Assembly (NCBI GenBank): GCA_944325335.1
Contig: CALUZR010000012.1
Location: 5,860 to 69,859, forward strand
Length of the DNA stretch: 64,000 nt
Direction of reading: 5' to 3'
Source: an uncultured Parabacteroides sp.
GTDB taxonomy: Bacteria > Bacteroidota > Bacteroidia > Bacteroidales > Tannerellaceae
Shown here in pieces: positions 28,517 through 38,061 of the stretch. Positions within the stretch are counted from its first letter, which is position 1; every line of letters starts with the position of its first letter. Under the pieces are notes generated by a model. It was not told the DNA's origin. It did not search any database and was given only the letters and a program-made list of their open reading frames with translations. The position numbers were made by a program, and so were the translations under genes.

Positions 28517-29218
28517 TTAGAATTTTAAACTCCAATTCACGCCATACATCCGCTCGCTGTAAGCCGTCCGGGGCGTCACCGTGGGCGACCAATGCATGGA
28601 CAAATCGGGGGAAATATCGAAATCGAATAGCTGGGCGTCGACATACGCGTCGATGATCGAAAGCGCATAAACACCCACCATGATAATAATGCTCAAGTCG
28701 CGATAACGGCGGTAACGGTCTTTTCCGCGTTTCAAAAGATCTTGGAAATTGTTGTTGTTGATGTAATCTTCCGGATTGGCGGTCGAACCGAGGAAGTTCT
28801 GCCAGCTTTCGTGCCATTCGTCTGGGTCGAGGCTGGGATCCATCGAGTCGTTCATAATATCGAAATAGGCTTGTGAATAATCCTGGTACGTTTTGTTGTT
28901 CCACGTAATCGCATACATACAGCCCATCAGTCCGCCATAGACAATGGGAAGTTTCCAAAACTTCCGGTTATAAATCTGCCCCAATCCCGGCACCAACGCC
29001 AAAAGTACCGCCTTCTTCGGGTCGGGCTTGAATGCCATCTCTATTTTATTCGGGTAAGGCAAGGAATCGGCCTGCTGCACGACCGAACGGACGGTTGAAT
29101 CAGCCGCCGTCTCCATTCGCGCCGAGTCCATGGCGAGGACTTGCAACTCCTTTTCCTGTGCTTGGCTCCATCTCGGGAGGCACATCAATAGCCCGATGAA
29201 CAGAATCCGGTATATCAT
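28517..29218 (-). CDS. DUF5683-type membrane protein
   Basis: Start at MIYRILFIGLL forms an ATGA overlap with the parB stop. Carries the block LVPGLGQIYNRKFWKLPIVYGG. Confidence 0.72.
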   Translation of the reverse strand: MIYRILFIGLLMCLPRWSQAQEKELQVLAMDSARMETAADSTVRSVVQQADSLPYPNKIEMAFKPDPKKAVLLALVPGLGQIYNRKFWKLPIVYGGLMGCMYAITWNNKTYQDYSQAYFDIMNDSMDPSLDPDEWHESWQNFLGSTANPEDYINNNNFQDLLKRGKDRYRRYRDLSIIIMVGVYALSIIDAYVDAQLFDFDISPDLSMHWSPTVTPRTAYSERMYGVNWSLKF

Positions 29219-30102
29219 TTGATTGTATCCAATAAGCTGATCAACTTTTCCAATTCCTCTTCGGAAGCGAATGGAATCGTGATTTTGCCTTTTCCTTTTT
29301 TGTTGCAAACCAAGTCTACTTTCGTCTGGAAGAAACGCGAGAGGTGTTCTTTCAGGAGGTTAAACTCTTCGGGGAGCGCCTCTTTCTTCGGCTTGGCTTC
29401 TGCCTTCGGTGTCTCGGGGAGTTCTCCGCCGTCGGCAATCGTGCGCACCAATTCTTCCACGTTGCGTACCGAGAGCCCTTCTTCCAGAATCTGCTCATAA
29501 AGGGCGAGCTGCACTTCCGGGTCTTCGACGGGAATCAGTGCCCGGGCGTGTCCCATGTCGATGCGCTTGTCCTTCAATCCCACCTGGATTTCGGCGGGGA
29601 GTTTCAAGAGGCGGAGGTAATTGGCGATCGTCGCGCGCTTCTTCCCGATACGTTCGCTCAGTTGTTCTTGCGTCAGGCCATAATTCTCAATCAGGCGTTG
29701 GTACGCCAAAGCAATTTCGATGGCATTCAAGTCCTCGCGCTGGATATTCTCGATAAGCGCCATTTCCACCACGTTGTCGTCGGCCGCCGTGCGGACATAA
29801 GCCGGGATCGACGAAAGTCCCGCCATCTTCGAAGCGCGGTAACGCCGCTCGCCGGAGATGATCATATATTGCTCCGGACCTGTTTCTTTGACCGTAATCG
29901 GCTGGATAACGCCCAACGCGCGGATAGAAGCAGCCAGTTCGCCGAGCGTCTCTTCATCAAACACCGCGCGCGGTTGCTCCGGATTGGGCTGGATTTTGTC
30001 CAGTTCAATCTCGTTAATAGACGACGAACCGCCCGTCTTCACGTCGTCCATCGTAATTAAAGCATCCAATCCTCGGCCCAGAGCCGATCTTTTCAATACC
30101 AT
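29215..30102 (-). CDS. parB: Chromosome partitioning protein ParB (Spo0J)
   Basis: 295-aa ORF with ALGRGLDALI, GERRYRA and an HTH region. Lies downstream of parA. Confidence 0.95.
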   Translation of the reverse strand: MVLKRSALGRGLDALITMDDVKTGGSSSINEIELDKIQPNPEQPRAVFDEETLGELAASIRALGVIQPITVKETGPEQYMIISGERRYRASKMAGLSSIPAYVRTAADDNVVEMALIENIQREDLNAIEIALAYQRLIENYGLTQEQLSERIGKKRATIANYLRLLKLPAEIQVGLKDKRIDMGHARALIPVEDPEVQLALYEQILEEGLSVRNVEELVRTIADGGELPETPKAEAKPKKEALPEEFNLLKEHLSRFFQTKVDLVCNKKGKGKITIPFASEEELEKLISLLDTIK

Positions 30103-30180
30103 ATTCTCAGTTAAAAATTAAAAGCTAAAAAGGAACGACGCCTTGCGTACGCCTCCTTTTTAATGGCTAATTATTAATTG

Positions 30181-30951
30181 TTAATTCCCTTTGTTCTTAT
30201 CAATCAGCTCTTGTGCCAATTGCATGTAATTAAGCGACCCTTTTGAGTCCGCGTCGTAAAGCAACACCGGCTTGCCATAGCTCGAGGCTTCGCTCAGCTT
30301 CACGTTGCGCTGGATGACGGTCGAGAAGACCATCTCCTGGAACGGGCGCTTCACCTCTTCGTATATCTGGTTGGCCAGGCGGAGGCGCGAATCGTACATC
30401 GTCAAGAGGAAGCCCTCAATCTCCAACGCGGGGTTCAGCTTCGACTTGATAATCTTGATCGTATTCAACAATTTGCTGATGCCTTCCAACGCGAAATATT
30501 CGCACTGGACGGGGATAATGACCGAATCCGCCGCCGTGAGCGCATTCACCGTAATCAATCCCAACGAGGGCGAGCAATCGATCAGGATATAATCGTAATC
30601 CCCCTTGAGCGGAACCAGCATCCGCTTCAATATCTGCTCGCGCCCTTGTATGTTCAACATCTCGATTTCAGCCCCTACGAGGTCGATGTGCGAAGGCATG
30701 ACGTCCAACCCGTCCACCTCGGTATGCACAATCGCATCCTCCGGCTTTTCGCCATTAATCAGGCATTCATAAATGGAAAGTTCTACATTCCGGATATCAA
30801 TTCCCAGGCCAGATGAGGCATTCGCCTGCGGGTCTGCGTCAACAACCAGTACTTTCTTTTCCAAAGCGGCCAGCGATGCGGCCAAGTTGATAGCTGTAGT
30901 CGTCTTGCCTACGCCGCCTTTCTGATTTGCTAAAGCGATAATCTTTCCCAT
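30181..30951 (-). CDS. parA: Chromosome partitioning ATPase ParA (Soj)
   Basis: 256-aa ORF with the deviant Walker A motif KGGVGKTT. Confidence 0.95.
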   Translation of the reverse strand: MGKIIALANQKGGVGKTTTAINLAASLAALEKKVLVVDADPQANASSGLGIDIRNVELSIYECLINGEKPEDAIVHTEVDGLDVMPSHIDLVGAEIEMLNIQGREQILKRMLVPLKGDYDYILIDCSPSLGLITVNALTAADSVIIPVQCEYFALEGISKLLNTIKIIKSKLNPALEIEGFLLTMYDSRLRLANQIYEEVKRPFQEMVFSTVIQRNVKLSEASSYGKPVLLYDADSKGSLNYMQLAQELIDKNKGN

Positions 30952-30982
30952 ATATTTTGTTAACCCTAATTTATTCAGGGTG

Positions 30983-30990
30983 CAAAGCTA
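30983..30990 (-). promoter_or_regulatory. -7 box for parA
   Basis: The plus strand reads CAAAGCTA (minus-strand TAGCTTTG), 32 bp upstream of the ATG. Confidence 0.4.
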
Positions 30991-31001
30991 ATCAATTAAA
31001 A

Positions 31002-31172
31002 CCAAAACCGCGTGCTTTGGTTGAAAACTTATCGGCTTTGTTGATAACTTGCCTGAACTGTTGAAAACGTGCAAATATACAACTTTTCTTGTTCATAACT
31101 TGTGAATAGCGGTTCAAAACTTCTAAACTCCCCTCCAAAACTTGCAAATAAGGCGAGAAAAGTTTCGAAAAC
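31002..31172. repeat. Array of 7-8 GTT(G/C)A(A/T)AAC(TT)-like motifs at roughly 20-21-bp phasing
   Basis: Motifs start at 31020, 31040, 31060, 31091 and 31112. Weaker copies lie at 31002, 31134 and 31164. Confidence 0.75.
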
Positions 31173-31187
31173 AACGAATAATTCTTT

Positions 31188-31300
31188 GCGTATCGTCGAT
31201 GTTTGTACAAATATCGTCGATATTTTTATATCTTTAGGCTAAAGATACACAAATATCGACGATACGTAAAGAAAAGATAGGCGGAAAAGAAAGTTTTCCT
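31188..31300. repeat. Dispersed ~115-bp element, copy B (between the parA upstream region and the OMP gene terminator)
   Basis: Same plus-strand orientation as copy A. Dyads are centred at 31196, 31217 and 31259 (same 21/42-bp spacing). The palindrome lies at 31229-31247. Confidence 0.88.
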
Positions 31301-31335
31301 GCCTATGTCGGGAAGTTTTCCTCGGGCTTGGCACT

Positions 31336-31368
31336 AAAAAAAGCCGCCTCTTTCCACGAAGAGACGGC
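31336..31368 (-). terminator. Rho-independent terminator after the OMP gene
   Basis: 10-bp stem with one mismatch (GCCGCCTCTT/AAGAGACGGC), followed by T7 on the minus strand. Confidence 0.7.
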
Positions 31369-31406
31369 TCGTACTCAACTAAATATTACCAAAGCTATAA
31401 AACTCG

Positions 31407-32060
31407 CTAAAAGCGATATCCTAAATTGATCTGCAAGACGCTGTTGCGGAACGAGTCATTCCATCCTTCCCATTCGTCGGCATCGATGCCCAAGTCCGAG
31501 AAGTCGCCTTGCTTTATGGCATGTGTCAGTCCGATGTTATAGTTGATGGCGATGTTCAATCCCATATCAAACTGATAACCTGCGCCGATACCGATCGAGA
31601 AATCGAACGTGTTTACCGCATCTTTGATGTCGATATCGTCGCCCGAACCTTCGAAATCGCGCGCATCTACATTGACGCTGCTATGCACATTGAATCCAAA
31701 TTGCGGACCGGCAAAGAGGTGGAAGCCTTCGTAGACGTAGTATTTCGCGTAAATTGGGATATTGATGTAATCCATATCAAAGGTTACATCGCCTCCGACA
31801 CGCATATCGCCCATGCCGACATAAGAGGACGACCGTGTGCCTTGCATCGAATAATAGACACCAGGTTCGATAGAAAAACTATCAAATACAGGGAATTCGG
31901 CCGCCACGCCAATATTCAATCCCGGCGCCATCTTGCCTTCCGAGTTCGTCAGATTGGCGAAACTCATACCCACTTTCGGCATGAAGTGGAACTCTTGCGC
32001 TTGTGCGAAAGGAAACGCAAGGGTGGCCAATAATAAGATCAAAAACTTTTTCATACGCAT
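31407..32060 (-). CDS. Small outer-membrane beta-barrel (porin-family) protein
   Basis: 217-aa ORF with a signal peptide (LLLATLAFPFAQAQ), an alternating beta-strand pattern, and a C-terminal YRF. Confidence 0.8.
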   Translation of the reverse strand: MRMKKFLILLLATLAFPFAQAQEFHFMPKVGMSFANLTNSEGKMAPGLNIGVAAEFPVFDSFSIEPGVYYSMQGTRSSSYVGMGDMRVGGDVTFDMDYINIPIYAKYYVYEGFHLFAGPQFGFNVHSSVNVDARDFEGSGDDIDIKDAVNTFDFSIGIGAGYQFDMGLNIAINYNIGLTHAIKQGDFSDLGIDADEWEGWNDSFRNSVLQINLGYRF

Positions 32061-32113
32061 TCTTCTTTAAAACCGTTTGCCTATATAACAACCGAAGTCC
32101 GCAAATGGTTCGG

Positions 32114-32674
32114 TCATTCTTCTGCGTCTTCGTCCAGCGAGTTGAAAACATCGCCGAAAAGTTGCTCGGCAAAGAAGTAAGTCGCATCGCAAAAGAGGCG
32201 CGGATTCTTGATGTGGGCGATCTGATTGCCCTTACCTTCATTGGCAATCACCTCTTCGGCCGGGATATTTCGATACTTTTTCTCCCCGTTCGGGTCGTAT
32301 TGATAGGTAATGTCGGTGAGTGTCGCCTTGTATTTTCCCTCTTCGCAAAGGATAGAGAGTTTATAACTGACGATGGTTTTATCCGTATCGTTCAGCAACA
32401 ATTCGACTTTCGAGCTTACAAATACTGTCTTTTTCTTTTTATTCGTCACGACGTTCGAAAGGAAAATGTCCTTCGCATAGTTCTTCTTTGCCCAGCGGCT
32501 AATGCCTTCGTAGATCTTTTTCTGGCTCATGCCATCCATATCTACTTCGTCGACGTAGCAAATCTTGCCGTCCACCATCGGCGCACATCCGCTGGCTTGG
32601 CCTTTGCTCCCTTGTGCCATAGCCAGCGCAGGGAGCAAAAGCATACCTATATATAATATAAGCGTCCGCATCAT
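32114..32674 (-). CDS. DUF4468-type (TBP-like fold) secreted protein
   Basis: 186-aa ORF with a signal peptide. Similar in pattern to the N-terminal half of the adjacent 32681..33688 gene. Confidence 0.7.
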   Translation of the reverse strand: MMRTLILYIGMLLLPALAMAQGSKGQASGCAPMVDGKICYVDEVDMDGMSQKKIYEGISRWAKKNYAKDIFLSNVVTNKKKKTVFVSSKVELLLNDTDKTIVSYKLSILCEEGKYKATLTDITYQYDPNGEKKYRNIPAEEVIANEGKGNQIAHIKNPRLFCDATYFFAEQLFGDVFNSLDEDAEE

Positions 32675-32680
32675 CCGTGA

Positions 32681-33688
32681 TTATTTGACCCAGACGTGGA
32701 GCACTTCGCCGACGATGGTCGTTCGTCCGCCCTCTTGCGTCTCGCCTTGTTTGCTACATTCAATGATCATCCAGACGGCATCGTCCGACGAGAATTGGAG
32801 CGTATATGTTTCTCCGTCTTTCACTTGTTGGCTAAATTCGCCCTTTGCATCGGTTGATATGGAGGCGATGTTCTTGCCAAACATATTGCCAAAACCTTTC
32901 CATTCTGCGCTGGAATCGGTGATGTTGTTGTCCGCCATCTTGATGCGCAAGGTGCTCTTCGGCATCAATTGCTTCAGGGTAGAAGGGATGCTTTCCACAT
33001 CCATAGCGGTAAATCCTTCGGGTGATGCCTGTGAAGCGTTCGGTTTATCGTTGTGTTTGGATTCATTTACCGTTGTATTTGCCGGAGCTGGTGCGGGAGT
33101 GGCCTCTGCTTTCGGCGTGGGTTGCACTTGTTTGTCCGATTGTCCGAACGCTTGGGCGGCGCTTTGGAAAAGCGCATCGGCGAAGTCTATCGTTTTGCGG
33201 CGGAACTTGCCCGTAATGCGGTTCAGCTTCTTTTCGTTGCGTAGCGCATATTTGTCCGTAATCCATTCTTCGGCGATATAGCGTTCAGGGTCACGCTGGT
33301 AAGAGACGTTGTATTCGTAACGGATATTGGTTAATTCAATCCGGCAAAGCCGCTCTTGGGCATAAATCCGCACTTGATACGACATCAACGAACGGTCTAA
33401 TGAAAGCACCGTATTGGAGAAAACAATGTATTCTTCCCCGATAGCCGCAAGTTCGCCCGTTTCCGGATTTTGGTAAGCCACCCGCATATCTTCGCCGGTG
33501 AAGCGTTCGTTTGCCCAAGCCAGTGCGGTATCATACACTTGTTGCTTCGATTGATTAGGTACTTGAATCTCTTTCGAGAATACGACTTTGCCGTTTTCGA
33601 CCGGCACTGCGCCCGCCAGATATTTCTCATCATCTTGAGCCCAAAGCAATAAGGGGCATAAGGCGAGTAATAATAATAGCTGTTTCAT
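32681..33688 (-). CDS. DUF4468-type secreted protein with a low-complexity linker and a C-terminal extension
   Basis: 335-aa ORF with a signal peptide. The block YLAGAVPVENGKVVFSKE is followed by a Pro/Ala/Thr-rich linker. Confidence 0.7.
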   Translation of the reverse strand: MKQLLLLLALCPLLLWAQDDEKYLAGAVPVENGKVVFSKEIQVPNQSKQQVYDTALAWANERFTGEDMRVAYQNPETGELAAIGEEYIVFSNTVLSLDRSLMSYQVRIYAQERLCRIELTNIRYEYNVSYQRDPERYIAEEWITDKYALRNEKKLNRITGKFRRKTIDFADALFQSAAQAFGQSDKQVQPTPKAEATPAPAPANTTVNESKHNDKPNASQASPEGFTAMDVESIPSTLKQLMPKSTLRIKMADNNITDSSAEWKGFGNMFGKNIASISTDAKGEFSQQVKDGETYTLQFSSDDAVWMIIECSKQGETQEGGRTTIVGEVLHVWVK

Positions 33689-33796
33689 GAAATAATATGA
33701 TTAAATTTTTCGCCAAAGATAAATATTTGATTCCTGAATGAAGCACATATTTGGGAAATAATTATTCTAATTACTCTTAATCAGGAAAAAAAACTC

Positions 33797-33804
33797 TATC
33801 TTTG
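33797..33804 (+). promoter_or_regulatory. -7 box for secDF
   Basis: TATCTTTG, 55 bp upstream of the ATG. Confidence 0.4.
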
Positions 33805-33858
33805 CACCCTGAGAAAAAAGGCGAACAAAATAAGTAATAACAAAAATAATAAGTTCAG

Positions 33859-36800
33859 ATGCAAAACAAAGGATTTGTGAAGGTCTTCTCCGTGCTGCTG
33901 ACGCTTGTTTGCTTATTCTACTTATCGTTTTCGTTCATAACGAATTGGTATAATAAGAAAGCGGCTGATTATGCCGGTGGAGACCCTGTGAAAGAGAGTC
34001 AATATTTAGACTCGCTATCTACTGAAAAGGTATGGTTGGGCTACACGCTCAAAGAATGCCGAGAGATGGAAATTAGTTTAGGTTTGGACCTGAAAGGTGG
34101 TATGAACGTCGTTTTGGAACTGAGTGTTCCGGACGTGGTCCGCTCGTTGTCCGACAATAACCCAGACGAAAATTTCAACAAGGCGTTGGATTTGGCGTAT
34201 GCACATCAAGCCACCAGCCAAAAGGATTTTATCGATTTGTTTGCCGACGAATACCGGGCATTGGTGCCGGGCGGTCGGTTGGCGACTATTTTCAGTACAT
34301 TTGATTTAAAGGATAAAATTACGCCGCAGAGTACCGATGCGCAAGTAATCTCTGTCTTGAAGGAGGAATTGCAGAGTGCGATCGACAATTCATTTAATGT
34401 ATTGCGTACGCGTATCGACCGCTTTGGTGTGGTTGCACCGAACATCCAACGTTTGGAAACGGCCGGACGTATCTTGGTCGAGCTTCCGGGTGTGAAAGAA
34501 CCGGAGCGTGTGCGTAAATTGTTGCAAGGTAGTGCGAACTTGGAGTTCTGGGAGACTTATAAGTTGCCGGAAATCTACCAGCAATTGATTGCGGCCGATG
34601 CAGCTTTGGCCAATGTCTTGTCGGCAAGGGAAGAGGCTGATTCTACCAAGACGCTTGTGGCAGAAGCGGATTCCGTAGCCGCTCCGAAAGAGGCAAGCGA
34701 GGCGACCAGCGAAACGGATTCGTTGTTAGCGCAAATCCAAGACTCGCCGGAAGCTGCCCAGCAAGACCAAACGGCGGAAGAGTTCGCGAAAGAACACCCG
34801 TTGTTTGCCGTATTGCAACTCAATCAGTATAACGGACAATTGGTTCCCAGCCCGATCGTAGGCTATGTGAAGTCTTCGGATATGGCGAAGGTAACGGAAT
34901 ACCTCAGCATGAAGCAGGTGAAAGACGCCCTGCCTCGCAACCTTTCGTTGAAGTTCGGCGTGAAGGCGGTGGATGAGAAGGGGCAGTTCTTCGAATTGTA
35001 TGCCTTGAAGGTGACGAACCGCGATGGCTCTCCAGCGTTGGGCGGTGATGTCGTAACCGATGCACGTGCCGACTTTAGCCAGCAACCGGGACGTACGGAG
35101 CAGGTCGTTAGCATGACGATGAATGCCGAAGGCGCCAAAGCCTGGGCTCGCTTGACGAAAGAAAACGTGGGCAATGCCATTGCAATCGTATTGGACGGTA
35201 TGGTGTATTCCGCACCGAACGTACAGGGTGAAATCCCGAACGGACAATCTTCTATTACTGGCCACTTCACCCCTGAAGAGGCAAAAGACTTGGCGAATGT
35301 GTTGAAGTCAGGTAAAATGGCAGCCTCTGTCCATATCGTACAGGAGGATGTCGTAGGTCCGTCGCTGGGTCAGGAAGCCATCAATGCCGGTTTCATTTCG
35401 TTTGCGATTGCCTTGGTCTTGTTGATGGTCTATATGTGTGCCTTCTACGGCGTGCTCCCCGGTTTGATTGCCGACGGTGCGCTGGTATTGAATATCTTCT
35501 TCACGATGGGTATCTTGGCGTCGTTCCAAGCCGTATTGACGTTGCCGGGTATCGCCGGTATGGTGCTTACGCTGGGTATGGCGGTCGATGCCAACGTGTT
35601 GATCTACGAACGTACGAAAGAGGAACTCCGGGCGGGCAAAGGTTTGAACCGCGCGATTGCCGATGGTTATAGCAATGCCTTCTCGGCTATCTTCGACTCC
35701 AACTTGACGTCTATCATTACGGGTATCGTCCTCTTCTACTTCGGTACAGGTCCTATCCGTGGTTTTGCCACGACGTTGATTATCGGTTTGTTGGCAAACT
35801 TCTTGACGGCTGTGTTCTTGACGCGTATCGTCTACGAATCGCTCTTGGCGAAGAATAAGCTGAACCATGTGACATTTGTGACCAGCATTACGAAGAACTT
35901 GCTCCGCAACCCGAAGGTGAACTTCCTCGGCGCGCGCAAGGTGGGTTATTTGATTCCGGTAGGTATCATCGTATTGGGTGCCATCTCGATGGCCACGGTC
36001 GGTTTGAACAATGGTATCGACTTCACGGGAGGTCGTAACTACATCGTCCGCTTCGACCAGAACGTGAATACGGAAGAGGTCCGCAATATGTTGGAACCGC
36101 AGTTGGACGGCGCAGTGAGCGTCATCACGATCGGTACGCCCGACCAAGTCCGCATCTCGACCAACTACCGCATCGCCGATACCGACCCGAACGTAGACCA
36201 AGATATCGAGTCGAAACTCTACGAAGGCTTGAAGCCGCTCTTGGGCGACGGTGTGACGCTCGACCAGTTCACGGGCGATTACGTACAAAGCTCGCAAAAG
36301 GTAGGTCCGTCGATGGCGGATGATATCAAGAATGCGGCCTTCCTGGCGGTTATCTTCGCCATGATCTGTATGGCGGCTTATATCTTGTTGCGTTTCCGCG
36401 ACGTGTCGTTCTCGGTCGGCGCTTTCGTTTCTGTAGCGGTGGCTACGCTTTGTATCATCGCGTTCTACACGCTGTTGTGGAAGTTCATGCCGTTCTCGAT
36501 GGAGGTAGACCAGACGTTCATCGCGGCTATCTTGACAATTATCGGTTATTCGATCAACGATACCGTGGTGGTGTTCGACCGTATCCGCGAGACCATCCAG
36601 CTCTATCCGAAGCGCGACCGTTATCGGGTAATCAACGATGCCTTGAACTCGACGCTTTCGCGTACGTTCAATACCTCGCTTACGACCCTCATTGTGGTGC
36701 TTTGTATTTTCATTTTGGGTGGTAGCACGATCCGTAGCTTTACGTTTGCTATCTTGCTGGGTATCATTATCGGTACCTACTCGACGTTGTTTATCGCTAC

Positions 36801-36879
36801 GCCGATTGCATACGAAATCCAGAAGCACCGTATCAAGAAGCTGGGCGACAAAGCGGGCGTAACGGCAAACGAAGAATAA
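33859..36879 (+). CDS. secDF: Protein translocase subunit SecDF (fused)
   Basis: 1006-aa ORF with SecD and SecF halves, each having six TM segments (GLDLKGG, DANVLIYER). Confidence 0.95.
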   Translation: MQNKGFVKVFSVLLTLVCLFYLSFSFITNWYNKKAADYAGGDPVKESQYLDSLSTEKVWLGYTLKECREMEISLGLDLKGGMNVVLELSVPDVVRSLSDNNPDENFNKALDLAYAHQATSQKDFIDLFADEYRALVPGGRLATIFSTFDLKDKITPQSTDAQVISVLKEELQSAIDNSFNVLRTRIDRFGVVAPNIQRLETAGRILVELPGVKEPERVRKLLQGSANLEFWETYKLPEIYQQLIAADAALANVLSAREEADSTKTLVAEADSVAAPKEASEATSETDSLLAQIQDSPEAAQQDQTAEEFAKEHPLFAVLQLNQYNGQLVPSPIVGYVKSSDMAKVTEYLSMKQVKDALPRNLSLKFGVKAVDEKGQFFELYALKVTNRDGSPALGGDVVTDARADFSQQPGRTEQVVSMTMNAEGAKAWARLTKENVGNAIAIVLDGMVYSAPNVQGEIPNGQSSITGHFTPEEAKDLANVLKSGKMAASVHIVQEDVVGPSLGQEAINAGFISFAIALVLLMVYMCAFYGVLPGLIADGALVLNIFFTMGILASFQAVLTLPGIAGMVLTLGMAVDANVLIYERTKEELRAGKGLNRAIADGYSNAFSAIFDSNLTSIITGIVLFYFGTGPIRGFATTLIIGLLANFLTAVFLTRIVYESLLAKNKLNHVTFVTSITKNLLRNPKVNFLGARKVGYLIPVGIIVLGAISMATVGLNNGIDFTGGRNYIVRFDQNVNTEEVRNMLEPQLDGAVSVITIGTPDQVRISTNYRIADTDPNVDQDIESKLYEGLKPLLGDGVTLDQFTGDYVQSSQKVGPSMADDIKNAAFLAVIFAMICMAAYILLRFRDVSFSVGAFVSVAVATLCIIAFYTLLWKFMPFSMEVDQTFIAAILTIIGYSINDTVVVFDRIRETIQLYPKRDRYRVINDALNSTLSRTFNTSLTTLIVVLCIFILGGSTIRSFTFAILLGIIIGTYSTLFIATPIAYEIQKHRIKKLGDKAGVTANEE

Positions 36880-36923
36880 GGAATTTTTTATTGTTTTCTT
36901 AACACAAAAATATATAACCCTTT

Positions 36924-36959
36924 GGGCTGCGCACCTGTGAAGGACCGCAGCCCTTTTTT
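36924..36959 (+). terminator. Rho-independent terminator after secDF
   Basis: GGGCTGCG..loop..CGCAGCCC followed by TTTTTT. Confidence 0.8.
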
Positions 36960-36962
36960 ATT

Positions 36963-37102
36963 GCGCCGCTCGGCGCAATACCTTTACGGCGTACGGCGCA
37001 ATACCTTTACGCCGCTCGGCGTAATACCTTTACGGCGTACGGCGCAATACCTTTACACCGCCCGGTGTAATACCTTTGCAGCGTACGGTGCAATACGCTT
37101 CC
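36963..37102. repeat. Tandem array, 6 units of 23-25 bp alternating between two subtypes (3 x 46 bp)
   Basis: Units end in AATACCTTTAC. Subtype A starts GCCGCTCGGCG and subtype B starts GGCGTACGGCG. The last two units are degenerate. Confidence 0.9.
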
Positions 37103-37163
37103 AGGTAGCGGAGGAAAGGTGCACTTATCCGGCTTGAGCGTTTCATATTCCAATTTTTCTCCC

Positions 37164-37171
37164 TACCTTTG
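37164..37171 (+). promoter_or_regulatory. -7 box for znuA
   Basis: TACCTTTG, 21 bp upstream of the ATG at 37192. Confidence 0.4.
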
Positions 37172-37191
37172 CGCGAAAGGATTTGGACGAA

Positions 37192-38061
37192 ATGAAGTAT
37201 TTATATGTATTTATGGGGATGTTAGGTCTGTGGACGGCATTGACTTCGTGCCGCACGACTTCATCCGAGGAGCCGTTGATTTCGGTGACAATCGAACCGC
37301 AACGTTATTTTGTCGAGCAGATAGCAGGTGAGACGTTCCAGGTGAATTGCCTTACGCCGTCGGGGCAAAGCCCTGAGACGTACGACCCTACGCCGCAACA
37401 ACTCATGGACGTGGGGCGGAGCGTGGCTTATTTCCGCATCGGATACATCGGGTTCGAACAAGCATGGATGCCGCGGCTGGAAGAACAGAATCCGCAGATG
37501 CAGGTATTCGACCTTTCTGCCGGCATGGATTTGCTCGAAAACCAAGAAACGCATGAAGCGGAGGGGCATCCTCACGGGGCGATTGACCCGCACGTATGGA
37601 CCTCTTTCGGCGGGGCGCGGGCGATAGCGGCCAACGTTCGCGAAGCCTTGACGGCGTTGGCTCCCGAGCATCAAGCGCTTTATCAGCAGCGGTATGATTC
37701 GCTTATGGTCGATATGGCGCAGACGGAAGCGGAGGTGCGGCAAATGCTGGCACCGTTGCGCGGGACGGCGTTCATCATCTACCATCCGGCCCTTACCTAT
37801 TTCGCGCACGAATTCGGGTTGACGCAGCTTTGCATCGAGTTGGACGGGAAAGAACCTTCGCCCGCCCAGTTGGCTACGCTGATCGAGACGGCCCGCGAGC
37901 AGCAGGTGCGGGTCGTGTTTATCCAACAGGAGTTTGACCAAAAGAACGCAGAACTGATTGCGGAGGAGACGGGTTGCCGCCTGGTGCGCATCAATCCGCT
38001 GGCCTACGATTGGAAGAAAGGTATGGTTCAACTGGCTAAAGCATTGGCAGGAAATGAATAA
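37192..38061 (+). CDS. znuA: Metal (zinc-type) ABC transporter substrate-binding lipoprotein
   Basis: Start at MKYLYVFMGMLGLWTALTSC (lipobox). His/acidic-rich loop ETHEAEGHPHGAIDPHVW. Confidence 0.85.
   Translation: MKYLYVFMGMLGLWTALTSCRTTSSEEPLISVTIEPQRYFVEQIAGETFQVNCLTPSGQSPETYDPTPQQLMDVGRSVAYFRIGYIGFEQAWMPRLEEQNPQMQVFDLSAGMDLLENQETHEAEGHPHGAIDPHVWTSFGGARAIAANVREALTALAPEHQALYQQRYDSLMVDMAQTEAEVRQMLAPLRGTAFIIYHPALTYFAHEFGLTQLCIELDGKEPSPAQLATLIETAREQQVRVVFIQQEFDQKNAELIAEETGCRLVRINPLAYDWKKGMVQLAKALAGNE

Noticed and set aside
28509-28958. N-terminal 150-aa extension of the 647-aa ORF 27015..28958.
   Set aside because: The extension overlaps the DUF5683 gene in another frame and has no protein-like features. 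A signal peptide begins at the internal Met (28508), 8 bp after the upstream gene's stop.
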